A DNA stretch of 64,000 nucleotides, taken from NCBI GenBank assembly GCA_965205025.1, contig CBDBFU010000012.1, forward strand, positions 64,001 through 128,000, written 5' to 3'. This stretch comes from Candidatus Poribacteria bacterium. GTDB lineage: Bacteria; Poribacteria; WGA-4E; WGA-3G. The notes beneath the pieces are model-generated. The model did not search any database. It saw nothing but the letters and a program-made list of their open reading frames with translations, and was not told where the DNA came from. Numbering within the stretch: the first letter of the stretch is position 1; every line of letters begins with the position of its first letter. The translations under genes were made by a program, and so were the position numbers. This document shows positions 62,636 through 64,000 of the stretch, piece by piece.

Positions 62636-63099
62636 TTAACGAATATCTAATTTGGATCTCGGTGTACTTAACCCATTTTGACTTAATATCTTACTATATT
62701 TATCCGTCTTTCTAATTGCGGGATCAGTATTTCCACTGGAAATCCAGTGAAAACTGCTTTGTTTCATTAAATCTTCAAGGTTTTTCGCAGAAGATTTAAT
62801 CCATCTTTTTAACCACTTAATTTTTTCAACAATCTTTTTTACTTCACCAGTGGTAGCAGGTGAACTTCAAGGTAATAGATCTGTTTATTAAAACCGAATA
62901 CATAATCCCATCGATTTTCAGTCGGATATTGTTTTTTAAGACAAGAGTCGATATCAACACTTCCAGTTAACATTCGTGTTTCCTTTACCAAGACTTCACT
63001 ACTATTTGCTCCTAAAGCCTGTAACCCAGATTTATAACAGTGGGTGATTTCAGATGTATTTTGAATAGCCTCCTTAAAAGTCAAAGATCTGTCTCCCAC
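62636..63099 (-). CDS. Small putative nuclease partner of the ATPase (apparent -1 frameshift at about 62860)
   Basis: GSVDID..L...YP.ENRWDY...YLEVH, continuing in the shifted frame PATTGEVKKIVEKIKWLKRW...HWISSG to TAA at 62636. Confidence 0.7.
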
Positions 63100-64000
63100 A
63101 CAGCCTCAGATACAACTTCAGATACTTTTGTACTGAATGATGTCAATCCTCCCCAATCTGAGACTTCCGCATCTATGTCTTCCGCATCTAATGTAGAGAT
63201 ATTTTTTACATTAACAACACCATCTTTCCGAGAAAAATAATAGGTTTTGAACGTTTTGGCATCCAAGATTGACTTCGTAAGGTCCTGGGAAAATGCACTT
63301 GTTTTCAAATCCAGCAGCTGTCTTAACCGTGTTGGAGCGTTTGTTGATTTAGCAATGAGTTGAATACCCCAGATGAGTTCTAAAATTTGTGTTGAATGGG
63401 TGGAAACGATCACTTTGTAGCCTCGCCTTAAAAGTTCCAAAAAAAGAAGGAGCAGTGCTGTGATTGCCTGGGGATGTAACCCCATTTCCGGCTCTTCAAT
63501 TATAACCCAATTCATGTTATTTTTCTTTTGTGCTTTTCCCGAAGGCATTAACCGGTACAGACCCAGTAATAAAGGCGCGAATTCTCTCTGACCTGTAGAC
63601 CACACCATAAATGGTAGTTGTGTATCTGCAACATCTAATACAATCCGTTTCCGCAATCCGGATCTATCCAATTTCACCTTAGCTTCTCCAAAGATACTTT
63701 TCCCGATTGAATCTCGAATTGTTTTATTCATACGACCTTCTTGTGGAAAGATAGCCCTTTCGCCAGAACCTAAACCTGCTTCCATCAGCAGGCGCAATTG
63801 TTCGCTGAACTCCTTAACGACGAACGGATCGCTGGTTCCATAGTCTGTAAAAGCGCGCGGCCACCCATCTTTGAGTGTTATAACACGGTGTGCCGGTATA
63901 AGAAAAAGACTCTCATCTTTCTTTCTCCTTAATAACGCTTTTTGAGGTGTAAAATCCACATTATCAACGATGACTTTTGTCTCATCCTTGTTCCAAATCC
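63081..64000 (-). CDS. ABC/AAA_21-type ATPase; 5' end off the window
   Basis: Signature WSTGQRE, Walker B IIEEPEMGLHP, H-loop STHS; the frame is open to the window edge. Confidence 0.88.
   Translation of the reverse strand, partial: IWNKDETKVIVDNVDFTPQKALLRRKKDESLFLIPAHRVITLKDGWPRAFTDYGTSDPFVVKEFSEQLRLLMEAGLGSGERAIFPQEGRMNKTIRDSIGKSIFGEAKVKLDRSGLRKRIVLDVADTQLPFMVWSTGQREFAPLLLGLYRLMPSGKAQKKNNMNWVIIEEPEMGLHPQAITALLLLFLELLRRGYKVIVSTHSTQILELIWGIQLIAKSTNAPTRLRQLLDLKTSAFSQDLTKSILDAKTFKTYYFSRKDGVVNVKNISTLDAEDIDAEVSDWGGLTSFSTKVSEVVSEAVWETDL

Overview
This is an AT-rich bacterial chromosomal window, most likely Candidatus Poribacteria or a similar sponge-associated lineage. That assignment is an inference from four PhyH dioxygenases, two sulfatases, an FGE-domain protein, a long TPR protein and a C-terminal 'V-x-P...L-T-x-T-W-G-x-I-K' motif. 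Recognisable housekeeping genes include glnS-gltX, yvcK, a phosphohexomutase, an aspartate kinase, mutY, nfi, mazG, cimA, dacB, sod and ubiX/ubiA(mqnP). Accessory content includes a type III mod gene cut by the left edge, a DDE transposase, an IS630 inserted in an ATPase gene with a PIN-like partner, a MazF TA locus with a chimeric antitoxin, a NucS-like gene and a second ATPase plus small nuclease pair at the right edge. The most unusual signal is intergenic: a nested set of small non-autonomous elements. Three types of short terminal-inverted-repeat wrappers carry different GTAG-type REP hairpins, one wrapper type is flanked by 19-23 bp direct repeats, and a fixed-length 35-bp hairpin micro-element sits inside other repeats. 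A 51-aa membrane peptide with a sigma54-type promoter is missing from the ORF track. Four single-base frameshifts at short homopolymers are probably sequencing errors. No rRNA, tRNA or CRISPR array was seen. All product calls come from reading motifs by eye; no searches were run.
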